Assembly: GCA_963811165.1 (NCBI GenBank)
Contig: CAWEQH010000010.1
Span: 704,001 to 768,000 of the forward strand
Direction: 5' to 3'
Source: an uncultured Nitrospiraceae bacterium
GTDB lineage: Bacteria > Nitrospirota > Thermodesulfovibrionia > Thermodesulfovibrionales > UBA6898
Length of the DNA: 64,000 nucleotides
The notes under the pieces are model-generated. The model was not told the origin of the DNA. It saw nothing but the letters and a program-made list of their open reading frames with translations, and made no database searches. The first letter of the stretch is position 1; each line of letters begins with the position of its first letter. Shown here piece by piece: positions 8,719 through 17,495 of this stretch. Made by a program: the position numbers and the translations under genes.

Positions 8719-8931
8719 ATGAATACAGAATTTACTGCAATAATGAAACAGGCTGGAGAATGGTGGATCGGCTGGATTGAGGAAATTCCAGGCGTAAACT
8801 GTCAGGAGCGAACCCGCGAAGATTTAATTGAAACCCTTCGTATTACACTTAAAGAAGCACTCGAATTTAACCGTCAAGATGCTATCGCCGCCGTAGGCTC
8901 AGGATACACAGAAGAAAAAATTGCAGTATGA
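8719..8931 (+). CDS. hicB: Cassette 8 short HicB-family antitoxin
   Basis: WWIGWIEEIPGVNCQERTREDLIETL; ATGA overlap with hicA; TATAAT upstream. Confidence 0.88.
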   Translation: MNTEFTAIMKQAGEWWIGWIEEIPGVNCQERTREDLIETLRITLKEALEFNRQDAIAAVGSGYTEEKIAV

Positions 8932-9116
8932 AACGCAGTGACCTGTTGAAATATCTGCGGGCACAAGGCTGTGAATTTATCAGAGAAGGTAGCCGACACT
9001 CTTGGTGGGGGAACCCAAGTCAAAATAAGAGATCATCTGTCCCAAGGCATAATGAAATTGATGATCATCTTGCACGAAAGATCTGTAAAGATCTCGGAAT
9101 AAAACAAATAAACTAA
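8928..9116 (+). CDS. hicA: Cassette 8 HicA-family toxin
   Basis: GCEFIREGSRH...VPRHNEI...ICKDLGI. Confidence 0.92.
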   Translation: MKRSDLLKYLRAQGCEFIREGSRHSWWGNPSQNKRSSVPRHNEIDDHLARKICKDLGIKQIN

Positions 9117-9117
9117 G

Positions 9118-9209
9118 CCACAACAATTTGCTCCAGGCGACGCTGTGATTAGCCGCTTTTTCGTTTTCATCTTTTGTCGACCCAGCGCGCCTGAGCACGG
9201 TCGTTACCC
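9118..9209 (+). other. attC: attC8
   Basis: CCACAAC...TGCT(C)CAGGCG...CGCCTGAGCA...GTTACCC. Confidence 0.9.
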
Positions 9210-9274
9210 TTAGAAATATAGAAAAATGATAATGTATAATGCAGCCAAAGGGTAATTTAACAAAAGGAGTACAC

Positions 9275-9475
9275 ATGTCAAAGGTTGAAGAAATTAAAGA
9301 AGCCATTGACTCATTGCCGGAGCAGGAATATGTCGAGTTGCGGCGTTGGTTATCCGAAAAGGACTGGGCAAAATGGGACCAGCAAATTGCTGAGCATTCC
9401 GATTCGGGAAAACTGGATTTTTTAATCACAGAAGCAAAAGAAGCAAAATCAAATAATAAACTTCGGGAACTTTAA
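9275..9475 (+). CDS. Cassette 9 antitoxin, same family as 1167..1367
   Basis: AAGGAG RBS; MSKVEEIKEAI...WDQQIAEHSDSGKLD. Confidence 0.8.
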   Translation: MSKVEEIKEAIDSLPEQEYVELRRWLSEKDWAKWDQQIAEHSDSGKLDFLITEAKEAKSNNKLREL

Positions 9476-9543
9476 TTGCACCGTTCGACAGATCGCTTCT
9501 GGGAATGTTTCGACCGGCTGCCCGACCCAGTTCAAAAAACGGT
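9476..9543 (+). pseudogene. Cassette 9 truncated ParE/RelE-like toxin (N-terminus only)
   Basis: MHRSTDRFWECFDRLPDPVQKT aligns with the toxin at 1364, then breaks at an IS end; expected attC (GGGTAAC) is absent. Confidence 0.75.
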
Positions 9544-9567
9544 AAAACAGCCTTTTTCTATAGACTC
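9544..9567 (+). mobile_element. Right-end remnant of a related IS1182-like element
   Basis: AAAACAGCCTTTTTCTATAGACTC vs AAAACAGACTTATTTCTACAGACTC (7727-7751); both followed by GTT. Confidence 0.8.
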
Positions 9568-9660
9568 GTTATGTCCAAATAAAATAATGAAAATAATATC
9601 ACTGCGTCGCTTTGTGGTATCATATTTTCAGGTGCCACAGAAACAAATCGAGGTGAAGAA

Positions 9661-9858
9661 ATGAAGACAAAATTAAAGATGATTTACTGGAAGGGTGAGA
9701 AATTTTGGGTGGGGAAATTACTGGATCATCCTGAAATAATGACTCAAGGCGAAACACTAGAAGAACTCGAAGAAAATATGAAAGAAGCCTACATGCTTAT
9801 GACAATGGATGATGTTCCGCCGAAACATAAGATCAAGGAAGTTATTCTCTCGGTTTGA
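9661..9858 (+). CDS. hicB: Cassette 10 short HicB-family antitoxin
   Basis: FWVGKLLDHPEIMTQGETLEELEENMKEAY; GAGGTG RBS. Confidence 0.9.
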   Translation: MKTKLKMIYWKGEKFWVGKLLDHPEIMTQGETLEELEENMKEAYMLMTMDDVPPKHKIKEVILSV

Positions 9859-10055
9859 AGAGAAAAATATTAATTAGAAAGCTCACCACTGCAGGTTGTG
9901 TTTTATTGCGGCATGGTCAGCGTCACGATCTCTATCTCAATCCGAAAACTGGCAAAAAGCAGCCTGTACCACGCCATAACGAAATCGACGAAAATCTTTC
10001 ACGGCATATAATCAGAGAATTGACAGAACAAATTGCTCAACCAGACTCGCAATAA
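9855..10055 (+). CDS. hicA: Cassette 10 HicA-family toxin
   Basis: GCVLLRHGQRHDLY.NPKTGKKQPVPRHNEI; TTG start overlaps hicB stop. Confidence 0.9.
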   Translation: MKRKILIRKLTTAGCVLLRHGQRHDLYLNPKTGKKQPVPRHNEIDENLSRHIIRELTEQIAQPDSQ

Positions 10056-10113
10056 ACGCGGTTTGGTTTTCATTGTTAGTCTCTGCGCTCGCTGGTTAGC
10101 ACGGTCGTTATCT
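10023..10113 (+). other. attC: attC10
   Basis: ACAGAAC...TGCT(C)AACCAG...CTGGTTAGCA...GTTATCT; R'' matches GTTATGT (9568) with one mismatch. Confidence 0.88.
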
Positions 10114-10186
10114 GCAAAATAATATTTGATAAATACATATCAATGAGACATACTAATACAGATATATTATATTGATAGGAGAATTT

Positions 10187-10384
10187 ATGAAGACTACACT
10201 CAACATAGAAGGCAAATTACTTGAAAGAGCATCAAAGTTGACGGGAATTAAGGAAAAGACATCTCTTGTCAGGCTTGGACTTGAAGCCCTTATCGCAAAG
10301 GAAAGCGGCAAGAGACTTGCAAAACTCGGAGGCACTGAAAAGAAATTAGACGTGATACCCCGCAGAAGATCGGCAGGCGCATAA
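10187..10384 (+). CDS. vapB: Cassette 11 VapB-type antitoxin
   Basis: MKTTLNI...LTGIKEKTSLVRLGLEALI...LAKLGG; TTGATA..TATCAA palindrome upstream. Confidence 0.88.
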   Translation: MKTTLNIEGKLLERASKLTGIKEKTSLVRLGLEALIAKESGKRLAKLGGTEKKLDVIPRRRSAGA

Positions 10385-10385
10385 G

Positions 10386-10760
10386 ATGGTTCTTGTTGAC
10401 ACTTCGGTATGGGTCGAACATTTCCGATCCGGCAACATCGGACTTGAAAACCTGTTGAATGAAGGCGATGTTGCTTGTCATCAATTCATCACCGGTGAAC
10501 TCGCATGCGGTAATCTTTCAAACAGAGCTGAAATTCTGTCTCTGTTGCGGGCGCTACCTCTGGCAAACCATGCCGAACACGAGGAGGTAATGCAATTTAT
10601 CGAGAACTATAAACTAATGGGAAAAGGGTTGGGGTACGTTGATATGCATTTGATCGCTTCGGCTGTATTGTCTGGAGTCCCAATCTGGACACTCGACAAG
10701 AAACTCAAAGATGTTTCCTCAAAACTGGGTTTAGACTACCAACAAACGACGGGCAGATAA
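10386..10760 (+). CDS. vapC: Cassette 11 VapC PIN-domain toxin
   Basis: VLVDTSVW, GELACG, GLGYVDMHL, WTLDK. Confidence 0.93.
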   Translation: MVLVDTSVWVEHFRSGNIGLENLLNEGDVACHQFITGELACGNLSNRAEILSLLRALPLANHAEHEEVMQFIENYKLMGKGLGYVDMHLIASAVLSGVPIWTLDKKLKDVSSKLGLDYQQTTGR

Positions 10761-10843
10761 CACCGCTTTCAACCAGACGCGGAATAAGCCTGGTTCGTTT
10801 TCGATAAAGGCGGTTGCCGCGCTGGTTAAAGCCATCGTTCTGT
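10755..10843 (+). other. attC: attC11
   Basis: AGATAAC...GCTTT(C)AACCAG...CTGGTTAAAGC...GTTCTGT. Confidence 0.9.
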
Positions 10844-11330
10844 GATGATTAATAAAATAATAAAGACAATATCGGCAGTCATCGGCATTGCCTTAGTCGC
10901 TGCGATTGCATTTGCGGAAGCGTCCGAAAAGAGAGATAACGATTTGAAAGTATATCCACTTCTTACTACGACAATGGACAGTCCGTCTTTCGTAGTTGAA
11001 TATACAAATCACGAAGGTAGGAAAGTGTATCTGCCTGAAATGCTCAAAAAAGAAATAATCATACTCGATGGTCAAGAATATACAAGAAAAGTACTCGCAT
11101 TCGGGGGCATTGCCTTCTTGGAACCCGGGGCAGAATGGAAACACACCGTTGATATAAATGAATTTCTTTTCAACTCTGAAAGGCAAAAATATAGTCCTAC
11201 ACTGGGCCGCTGGCGTTGGCAAAGCCTCTTAAAATCCGGAAAACATACATTGGTTGTCAAATTCGCAGGAAAGGAATCTCCGCTGATAGAATTTGAATGG
11301 GATAACAGCATCCCTTTTTTGTATAAATAA
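10842..11330 (+). CDS. Cassette 12 exported protein, beta-rich/Ig-like
   Basis: Signal peptide ending AIAFA; LEPGAEW, GKHTLVVKF. Confidence 0.75.
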   Translation: MMINKIIKTISAVIGIALVAAIAFAEASEKRDNDLKVYPLLTTTMDSPSFVVEYTNHEGRKVYLPEMLKKEIIILDGQEYTRKVLAFGGIAFLEPGAEWKHTVDINEFLFNSERQKYSPTLGRWRWQSLLKSGKHTLVVKFAGKESPLIEFEWDNSIPFLYK

Positions 11331-11355
11331 AGCATTTTATTGTGAAAGAAAGACC

Positions 11356-11443
11356 ACAGAACAAATGACTCAACCAGATGGCGAATAAGCTCGGCGTATT
11401 TCGCAAAGGTGGCTGCCGCCACTGGTCAGCCATTTCGTCCGGG
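11356..11443 (+). other. attC: attC12, terminal, non-canonical R' (GTC)
   Basis: ACAGAAC...GACT(C)AACCAG...CTGGTCAGCC...GTCCGGG. Confidence 0.8.
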
Positions 11444-11451
11444 AAAACACT

Positions 11452-12069
11452 ATGTCATCAAAAAAATATCATATAGCACTGTTGATATTAGTATTGTCTT
11501 TTTGGACTTGGTCGGGAATCAAGCCGCAGGACACCCGCCTTACCTGGGTCCTGGAAACCTTCCCGTTCATGCTCGCGTTGCCGGTTTTGCTGCTAACCTA
11601 TAAGAGATTCACGCTTAGCAATTTAACCTATACCCTCATCGCAATCCACGCAATGATCCTAATGTTAGGCGGCCATTACTCTTATGCCAGGGTACCACTG
11701 GGCTTCTGGATGGAAGGTTGGTTCGGCTGGACGCGCAATAATTACGACAAGATCGGTCACTTCATGCAGGGATTTGGGCCTGCGGTATATACGCGCGAAG
11801 TCTTAGCGCGAACCTCACCGCTTAGGCGCGGCAAGTGGCTGGGGTTTTTATCCATCACCGTACCTTTGGCTTTTTCGGCATTATACGAAATTTTTGAATG
11901 GGCAGCTTCTCTCTCCAGTCCGGCTGACACCGAAGCCTTTCTTGGAACACAGGGTTACATCTGGGACACGCAAACCGATATGCTTTGGTGTCTCATCGGT
12001 TCGGTTGTTGCGATAGTCGTACTTACGAAATTGCACGACAGATATCTGGCAGGGATCAGTGCGCCGTGA
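11452..12069 (+). CDS. DUF2238 / YjdF-family membrane protein
   Basis: GGHYSYARVPLG, RNNYDKIGHF, SALYEIFEW, FLGTQGYIWDTQTDM. Confidence 0.9.
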   Translation: MSSKKYHIALLILVLSFWTWSGIKPQDTRLTWVLETFPFMLALPVLLLTYKRFTLSNLTYTLIAIHAMILMLGGHYSYARVPLGFWMEGWFGWTRNNYDKIGHFMQGFGPAVYTREVLARTSPLRRGKWLGFLSITVPLAFSALYEIFEWAASLSSPADTEAFLGTQGYIWDTQTDMLWCLIGSVVAIVVLTKLHDRYLAGISAP

Positions 12070-12154
12070 TTTTCACCGGATGTGGGGTTTGGCCTGCACG
12101 GGTCTCTCGGCTCAACTCGCCCCCGGACACCGCTGAAACAGGGAGGTACCGACA

Positions 12155-12424
12155 ATGTGCAGGAATATCAAGACCCTCTTTAACTTCGAACCGCCTGTGA
12201 CGGACGAAGAGATTCGGGATGCCGCACTGCAATTCGTGAGGAAAGTAAGCGGTTTCAACAAGCCCTCGAACGTCAACGAAACTGCATTCTTTGCGGCTGT
12301 CGATGAGATTATGGCAGCCTCCAGGAACCTCTTGAACTCGCTTGAGACGAACTCACCGCCCAGGCACCGCGAAGAAGAGTCTGCCAAGACACTGGCACGC
12401 GCTAAAAAAAGGTTTTCCAAGTAA
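12155..12424 (+). CDS. DUF2277 family protein
   Basis: MCRNIKTLFNFEPPVTDEEIRDAALQFVRKVSG. Confidence 0.9.
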   Translation: MCRNIKTLFNFEPPVTDEEIRDAALQFVRKVSGFNKPSNVNETAFFAAVDEIMAASRNLLNSLETNSPPRHREEESAKTLARAKKRFSK

Positions 12425-12476
12425 AGAGAAGCCGGGCCGTAAGCTATAGATTCAAGGCGCCGGTATCAAACAGGCC

Positions 12477-13277
12477 CTACCCTACAGTCACCTGCTCGCC
12501 GACTGAGATACTGCCCTCCTGCCCGGCGTTTCCCCCGCTTATAAATAATTCAAGAAGCCCTGAGCTGTTTACAACAGAGCATAAAACGCCCTTTTCCCCT
12601 TCCGCGTAAAAGCCCTTTAGCGGGACCTCTTTCCCCCTGAATATCACTCTGCAGGGACAGCCTTTTTTGCGGCTGCATGCCATATCCATGTCGGACTTTC
12701 TGATGTTCGTTATTGCATTGCCGAACCTGTCCATAAAAATGACATCGCCCTGCACCTCGCCTTCCGGACCCACTAGGGGGAGGGGCAAGGCGATCTTTTT
12801 GTAATCCGTAACCTGGTCCCCGAATTTCTCCATCTGCACGCCCCTCGACCACCATGCGGCAACGGGCGCAAAGACGTCACGGCCCTGGAAGGTAGGGCTT
12901 CTTTTTTGGAGGAAATAGTGGTCTGCCGTGACATGCACCACATCGAGCGTATCATGCTCCATTTGATAAATATAAGAGAAGACGCCGTTGTCCGGCCCAA
13001 GGAAATAATGCCTGTCCGAAAGCACAAGAAGCGGTCTTCTTTGAGAGCCGACACCCGGATCGACAACGACAACATGGAGTGTATCGTCCGGGAAGTAGTG
13101 GAAATTGATTCCTATCGTATAGGCGGCCCCCCGAATGTCCTGGGGTCTAATTCCGTGCGTGAGATCGACAATTTCGGCATCGGGGTTGATCCTGAGGATC
13201 ACGCCCTTCATGACGCCTACGAAGGGGTCGTCGTAGCCGAAGTCCGTGGTGAGGGTTATGACCGGTCTACCCGGCAT
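12477..13277 (-). CDS. SAM hydroxide adenosyltransferase / chlorinase family (DUF62)
   Basis: [40 protein letters not shown]. Confidence 0.92.
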   Translation of the reverse strand: MPGRPVITLTTDFGYDDPFVGVMKGVILRINPDAEIVDLTHGIRPQDIRGAAYTIGINFHYFPDDTLHVVVVDPGVGSQRRPLLVLSDRHYFLGPDNGVFSYIYQMEHDTLDVVHVTADHYFLQKRSPTFQGRDVFAPVAAWWSRGVQMEKFGDQVTDYKKIALPLPLVGPEGEVQGDVIFMDRFGNAITNIRKSDMDMACSRKKGCPCRVIFRGKEVPLKGFYAEGEKGVLCSVVNSSGLLELFISGGNAGQEGSISVGEQVTVG

Positions 13278-14178
13278 GGACAGTTCCCGTTAAAGAACCG
13301 ATATCCTCTATCCCTTCCCTCTCCATATAATCGATTATACCATCTAGTATCCCGATCGTCGCCCGGGGGTCCACAAAATTCGCGGTCCCGACCGCAACTG
13401 CCGATGCACCCGCAACTATGAATTCTATCGCGTCATCAGCGCTCATTATGCCGCCCATACCGATGAGAGGGACCTTGACGGACTTATATACCTCATACAC
13501 CATCCTTACCGCAACAGGCTTGATCGCAGGCCCCGAAAGCCCGCCCGTGACATTGGCAAGCTTCGGTCTCCTCGTCCTTATGTCGATCGCCATGCCGGTA
13601 ATCGTATTAATCAGGGACAACGCGTCGGCCCCCGCATCTTCTGCAGCGCGCGCCATGACCGCGATATCAGTCACATTTGGGGAAAGCTTGACGATAAGCG
13701 GAAGGGCGGTATTCTTTCTGACAGCACTCACCACCTCAAACGTCACCTTCGGGTCCGTGCCGAATATGCACCACCCCGCCTGTTTGTTCGGACACGATAT
13801 GTTCATCTCAAGGCCATGGACGCCTTCGGCGGCGCTGAGCATCTCTGCGGCAGAAACGTATTCGTCAACGGAATCACCAAAGAAATTCACGATCACGGAG
13901 GTATCAAATGTCCTTAGGAAAGGGAGCTTCTCATCGATAAACCTCTCGATGCCTATGTTCTGAAGTCCTATGGCATTGAGCATCCCGGCAGCGGTCTCGA
14001 CCACTCGCGGAGGGGGGTTGCCTTCTTTAGGCTTTGGAGAAAGACCCTTGACGACCACGGCGCCGAGCCTGCCTAAGTCGATGAACTCCGCATATTCCTC
14101 GCCGTATCCGAACGTGCCCGAGGCAGTCATGACAGGATTTTTAAGCCTCAATTTGCCGATATTTACCTCAAGGTTCAT
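13267..14178 (-). CDS. pyrD: Dihydroorotate dehydrogenase 1B catalytic subunit
   Basis: [40 protein letters not shown]; start set at MNLEV. Confidence 0.95.
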   Translation of the reverse strand: MNLEVNIGKLRLKNPVMTASGTFGYGEEYAEFIDLGRLGAVVVKGLSPKPKEGNPPPRVVETAAGMLNAIGLQNIGIERFIDEKLPFLRTFDTSVIVNFFGDSVDEYVSAAEMLSAAEGVHGLEMNISCPNKQAGWCIFGTDPKVTFEVVSAVRKNTALPLIVKLSPNVTDIAVMARAAEDAGADALSLINTITGMAIDIRTRRPKLANVTGGLSGPAIKPVAVRMVYEVYKSVKVPLIGMGGIMSADDAIEFIVAGASAVAVGTANFVDPRATIGILDGIIDYMEREGIEDIGSLTGTVHAG

Positions 14179-14216
14179 ACCTTTATGCCATCTCCCGATT
14201 CCACCCGTCCGCAAGC

Positions 14217-14329
14217 AGGGGGCAATGCGTTTGAGCGGCTTCTTTTATCCCGATGAATATCGGGAGAAAAGCCCTCGGAGGTCCCGAAGGCTTTCGGGAC
14301 CGAGAATGAGCGAAAATGTATTGCCCTCT
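14217..14329. repeat. Structured palindromic intergenic element
   Basis: Terminal IR AGGGGGCAATGCGTTT / AAATGTATTGCCCTCT with two nested hairpins; 15-bp motif shared with 58515-58588. Confidence 0.6.
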
Positions 14330-14334
14330 GTTTG

Positions 14335-15102
14335 CTACCACACTATCTCCCTTGCGTCGAACACCGGTCCTTCCTTACATACCCTCTTATAACCGTCCCG
14401 TGTCTTTACCACGCATCCAAGGCACGCGCCGATCCCGCACGCCATATGCTCTTCGAGCGAAACATAGGCCTTTATGTTGTTTGCGATTGCAACCTTCGCG
14501 ATCTCGCCGAGCATTACATTCGGGCCGCAGGCATAAATAACAGGTCGATGCAGGGCATCGCGCTTATGGACAAAATCGGACAGTACGTCAACGACCGTGC
14601 CTTTGACGCCGCATGAGCCGTCATCCGTGCATACGACCAGTTCTTTGTAAAACGATTCAAGGGTGTCCGTCATAAAAAGTTCCTGCTCGGCGCGTGCCCC
14701 GTAAAAGACAAAGGCTTTTTTCGATAGTTTTTCTACGAGGGAGAAAACCGATGCGATCCCGATACCGCCGGCTATCACGAGGGGGCTCTCCGAATCAGAC
14801 GGCATGGGGTAGCCGTTTCCGAGTGGACCGAGCATATTCAGCACTGTCCCCTCCTTCAAATCTTTCAGGACAGTCGTGCCCTTCCCTTTTATCCTGAAGA
14901 GTATTTGTAAGCCCTCGGCCGTGCGCCTGAAAAGGCTGAAGGCCCTTTTTAAAAGGGGGTCGAGCCCCTTGCTCACCTCAAGCATATAGAACTGTCCGGG
15001 GAAGGGTTCATCCATTGCGTCCAGGTTGGCGAGGGAAAGGAGGTTATGGTTGCGGTAGAGAGGCCGGTTCGATCGTATCTCTGCTCTGAAGTATCTACTC
15101 AA
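14335..15102 (-). CDS. pyrK: Dihydroorotate dehydrogenase electron transfer subunit
   Basis: PGQF, GPLGNG, AGGIGIA, YACGP, MACGIGACLGC...RVCKEGPVF. Confidence 0.95.
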   Translation of the reverse strand: MSRYFRAEIRSNRPLYRNHNLLSLANLDAMDEPFPGQFYMLEVSKGLDPLLKRAFSLFRRTAEGLQILFRIKGKGTTVLKDLKEGTVLNMLGPLGNGYPMPSDSESPLVIAGGIGIASVFSLVEKLSKKAFVFYGARAEQELFMTDTLESFYKELVVCTDDGSCGVKGTVVDVLSDFVHKRDALHRPVIYACGPNVMLGEIAKVAIANNIKAYVSLEEHMACGIGACLGCVVKTRDGYKRVCKEGPVFDAREIVW

Positions 15103-15568
15103 AATTGATCTCTAATATCTCGTACTCTATCGTCCGCGCAGGGGCCTTGATAATAGCGGTGTCGCCGACGTCCTTGCCGATAAGCGCCCTTCCCACCGGA
15201 GAGCCCAGGGATATCTTGCCCCGCTTCACATCCGCCTCCTCCGGTCCCACGAGAAAAAAGACATATTCCTCGTCTGCCTCGACGTCTAAGACCTTCACCG
15301 TCGCTCCGAAGGCCACCTTCGTCTGCTTTATCTTAGAGGGGTCGATGACGTCTGCCATTGCCAGCTTGGCCTTGAGTTCCTGTATCCTGCCTTGTATGAA
15401 GGACTGCTGTTCCTTTGCCGCATGATATTCAGCGTTTTCAGAGAGGTCGCCATGAGCGCGCGCCTCTGCTATTGCCTGTATGTTTTTAGGCCTGTCGACC
15501 TTCATGAGCCTCTCGAGCTCTTCCTGCAGTTTCTTAAACCCGGCAGGTGTTAACGGTACCCTCTGCAT
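15095..15568 (-). CDS. greA: Transcription elongation factor GreA
   Basis: ARAHGDLSENAEYHAAKE, ISLGSPVGRAL. Confidence 0.96.
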   Translation of the reverse strand: MQRVPLTPAGFKKLQEELERLMKVDRPKNIQAIAEARAHGDLSENAEYHAAKEQQSFIQGRIQELKAKLAMADVIDPSKIKQTKVAFGATVKVLDVEADEEYVFFLVGPEEADVKRGKISLGSPVGRALIGKDVGDTAIIKAPARTIEYEILEINFE

Positions 15569-15750
15569 TATTGCTCCTTTATCTTTTCTTTCCTGAAGTA
15601 AAGTAATGTAACATGCTTGCAGCCTTTTTTTCAAAGCGGATATCTTGACCTAACCCCGCCCCATTCATTACTCTAGACAGTCATTTCTTTTTATTCTTTT
15701 AACATTAAACCGGACCGCCCGCAGGCGGTCTATTGATCCGGAGGAAAGAT

Positions 15751-17442
15751 ATGCGGTTTTCAAATATGTTCATCCCTACACTAAGAGACGTGCCGGCTGA
15801 TGCCGAGGCGATAAGTCATATCCTCATGCTTCGGGCCGGGTACGTGCGGCAACTCGCCTCGGGCCTTTACATCTACCTTCCGCTGGGCTGGAGGGTCATG
15901 AACAGGATCAATAAGATCATCAGGGAGGAGATGGAGGCGATAGGGGCGCAGGAAGTGTCGATGCCGGTACTGCATCCCGCCGAGATATGGCAGCAGACAG
16001 GGAGGTGGGACGCGATAGGGGACGAGATGTTCCGCCTCAAAGACAGGACCGGCCGTGATATGTGCCTCGGCATGACGCACGAGGAGATCATGACCTGGCT
16101 TGCCTCGAGGGAGATACGCTCTTACCGCGACCTTCCCCAGGTCTGGTACCAGATACAGACGAAGCTCAGGGACGAGGCCAGACCCAAAAGCGGGATACTA
16201 AGGACGAGGGAGTTCATCATGAAAGACAGCTACAGCTTCGATGCCTCCGAAGAGGCCCTCGAAAAAAATTATAAGCTCCACGCCGACGCCTACCACAGGA
16301 TATACGAGCGGTGCGGCCTCAAGTTCTTCATGGTCGAATCCGACCCCGGCATGATGGGCGGAGCGGTCTCACATGAATTCATGGCCCCAAGTCCTGCGGG
16401 AGAAGACCAGGTGGCCATCTGCAAGGGCTGCGGATATTCCGCCAACGTGGAACTGGCACTTTCAATACCCCTTAAGAACGATCCCGTGGATTGGCAGACC
16501 GAAGAGGTCCATACCCCCGAAAAGAGGACGGTTAAGGAGGTCTCTAATTTCCTGAAGCTTTCCCCTTCGTATTTCTTAAAGAGCATACTCGTTATCTCAG
16601 AGAAGGGTCCGGTGCTCGCGCTAGTAAGAGGCGACCAGGAACTCCATGAAAAGAAACTCGCAAAGGTAATCGGCAACCACAGACCCGCACAGAAGGCCGA
16701 GGTGAAGGAAATCCTCGGTGTGGAAGCGGGGTTCATCGGCCCGATGGGGCAAAAGGTAAGGATGGTCGGCGACGAATCCCTCAGGGAAGGCGTGTACGTC
16801 GGTGGCGCCAACAAGCCCCACTACCATATGAAGGGGATAAGGGCGGGGCAGGATTTTCAGGCGGAATGGCACGACATCCATATTGCTAAAGAAGGTGATC
16901 TTTGTGGCAACTGCGGGGCCTCGCTGCAGATCGAACGTGTTATCGAGATAGGCAATATCTTTAAGCTCGGCACAAAATATTCCGCGCCGCTTAAAGCGGT
17001 CTTCCTGGATGAAAACGGCCAGGAAAAACCGGTCATCATGGGGAGCTACGGGATAGGACCGGCCAGGATCGCCGCCGCCGCCATCGAACAGAACAATGAT
17101 AAAGACGGCATGATATGGCCTGACAGCATTTCGCCTTTCGACGTAGAGATACTGCCGCTGAACATCAAGGACGCTAATACGATGGAGGTGGCCGACACGC
17201 TTTACAAAGATCTTGCAAAAAATGGCTTCGAAGTCCTGATGGACGACCGTGACGAAAGGGCAGGAGTAAAGTTCAAAGACGCCGACCTTATCGGCATCCC
17301 CACCCAGATCATCATAGGGGAGAAAAACCTCAAGGAAGGGCTTCTTGAACTCAAAAAAAGAAGGACGAAAGAGGCGGTCAGGGTTAAAGTTGAGAAAGTC
17401 ATGGAATCATTTATAGCCGGAGGCAACCTGAACCCGGCATGA
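15751..17442 (+). CDS. proS: Proline--tRNA ligase
   Basis: SHILMLRAG, THEE, RDEARP, REFIMKDSYSF, editing insert, GNIFKLG, MGSYGIG. Confidence 0.97.
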   Translation: MRFSNMFIPTLRDVPADAEAISHILMLRAGYVRQLASGLYIYLPLGWRVMNRINKIIREEMEAIGAQEVSMPVLHPAEIWQQTGRWDAIGDEMFRLKDRTGRDMCLGMTHEEIMTWLASREIRSYRDLPQVWYQIQTKLRDEARPKSGILRTREFIMKDSYSFDASEEALEKNYKLHADAYHRIYERCGLKFFMVESDPGMMGGAVSHEFMAPSPAGEDQVAICKGCGYSANVELALSIPLKNDPVDWQTEEVHTPEKRTVKEVSNFLKLSPSYFLKSILVISEKGPVLALVRGDQELHEKKLAKVIGNHRPAQKAEVKEILGVEAGFIGPMGQKVRMVGDESLREGVYVGGANKPHYHMKGIRAGQDFQAEWHDIHIAKEGDLCGNCGASLQIERVIEIGNIFKLGTKYSAPLKAVFLDENGQEKPVIMGSYGIGPARIAAAAIEQNNDKDGMIWPDSISPFDVEILPLNIKDANTMEVADTLYKDLAKNGFEVLMDDRDERAGVKFKDADLIGIPTQIIIGEKNLKEGLLELKKRRTKEAVRVKVEKVMESFIAGGNLNPA

Positions 17443-17449
17443 TAGACTG

Positions 17450-17476
17450 AGATGGGCGGAAAGACTCCGCCCATCT
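17450..17476. terminator. Hairpin between convergent genes, possible bidirectional terminator
   Basis: AGATGGGCGGA-AAGAC-TCCGCCCATCT, perfect 11-bp stem. Confidence 0.6.
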
Positions 17477-17495
17477 ATAGTGTTCTATCTTGAAA

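Larger units (their letters stand above)
1643..11443. mobile_element. Complete integron: intI, attI and 12-cassette array
   Basis: intI, attI and 11 attC hairpins of ~88-95 bp; each cassette's leading GTTNNNN is complementary to its own R'' box. Confidence 0.95.

Noticed and set aside
9476..9664. 62-aa ORF as an intact toxin
   Set aside because: Chimera of toxin N-terminus, IS end and the cassette 10 leader.
3678..11443. Recurring ~90-bp repeats as a CRISPR array
   Set aside because: They are imperfect palindromes with R''/R' boxes separated by whole genes, i.e. attC sites; no cas genes or fixed-length spacers.
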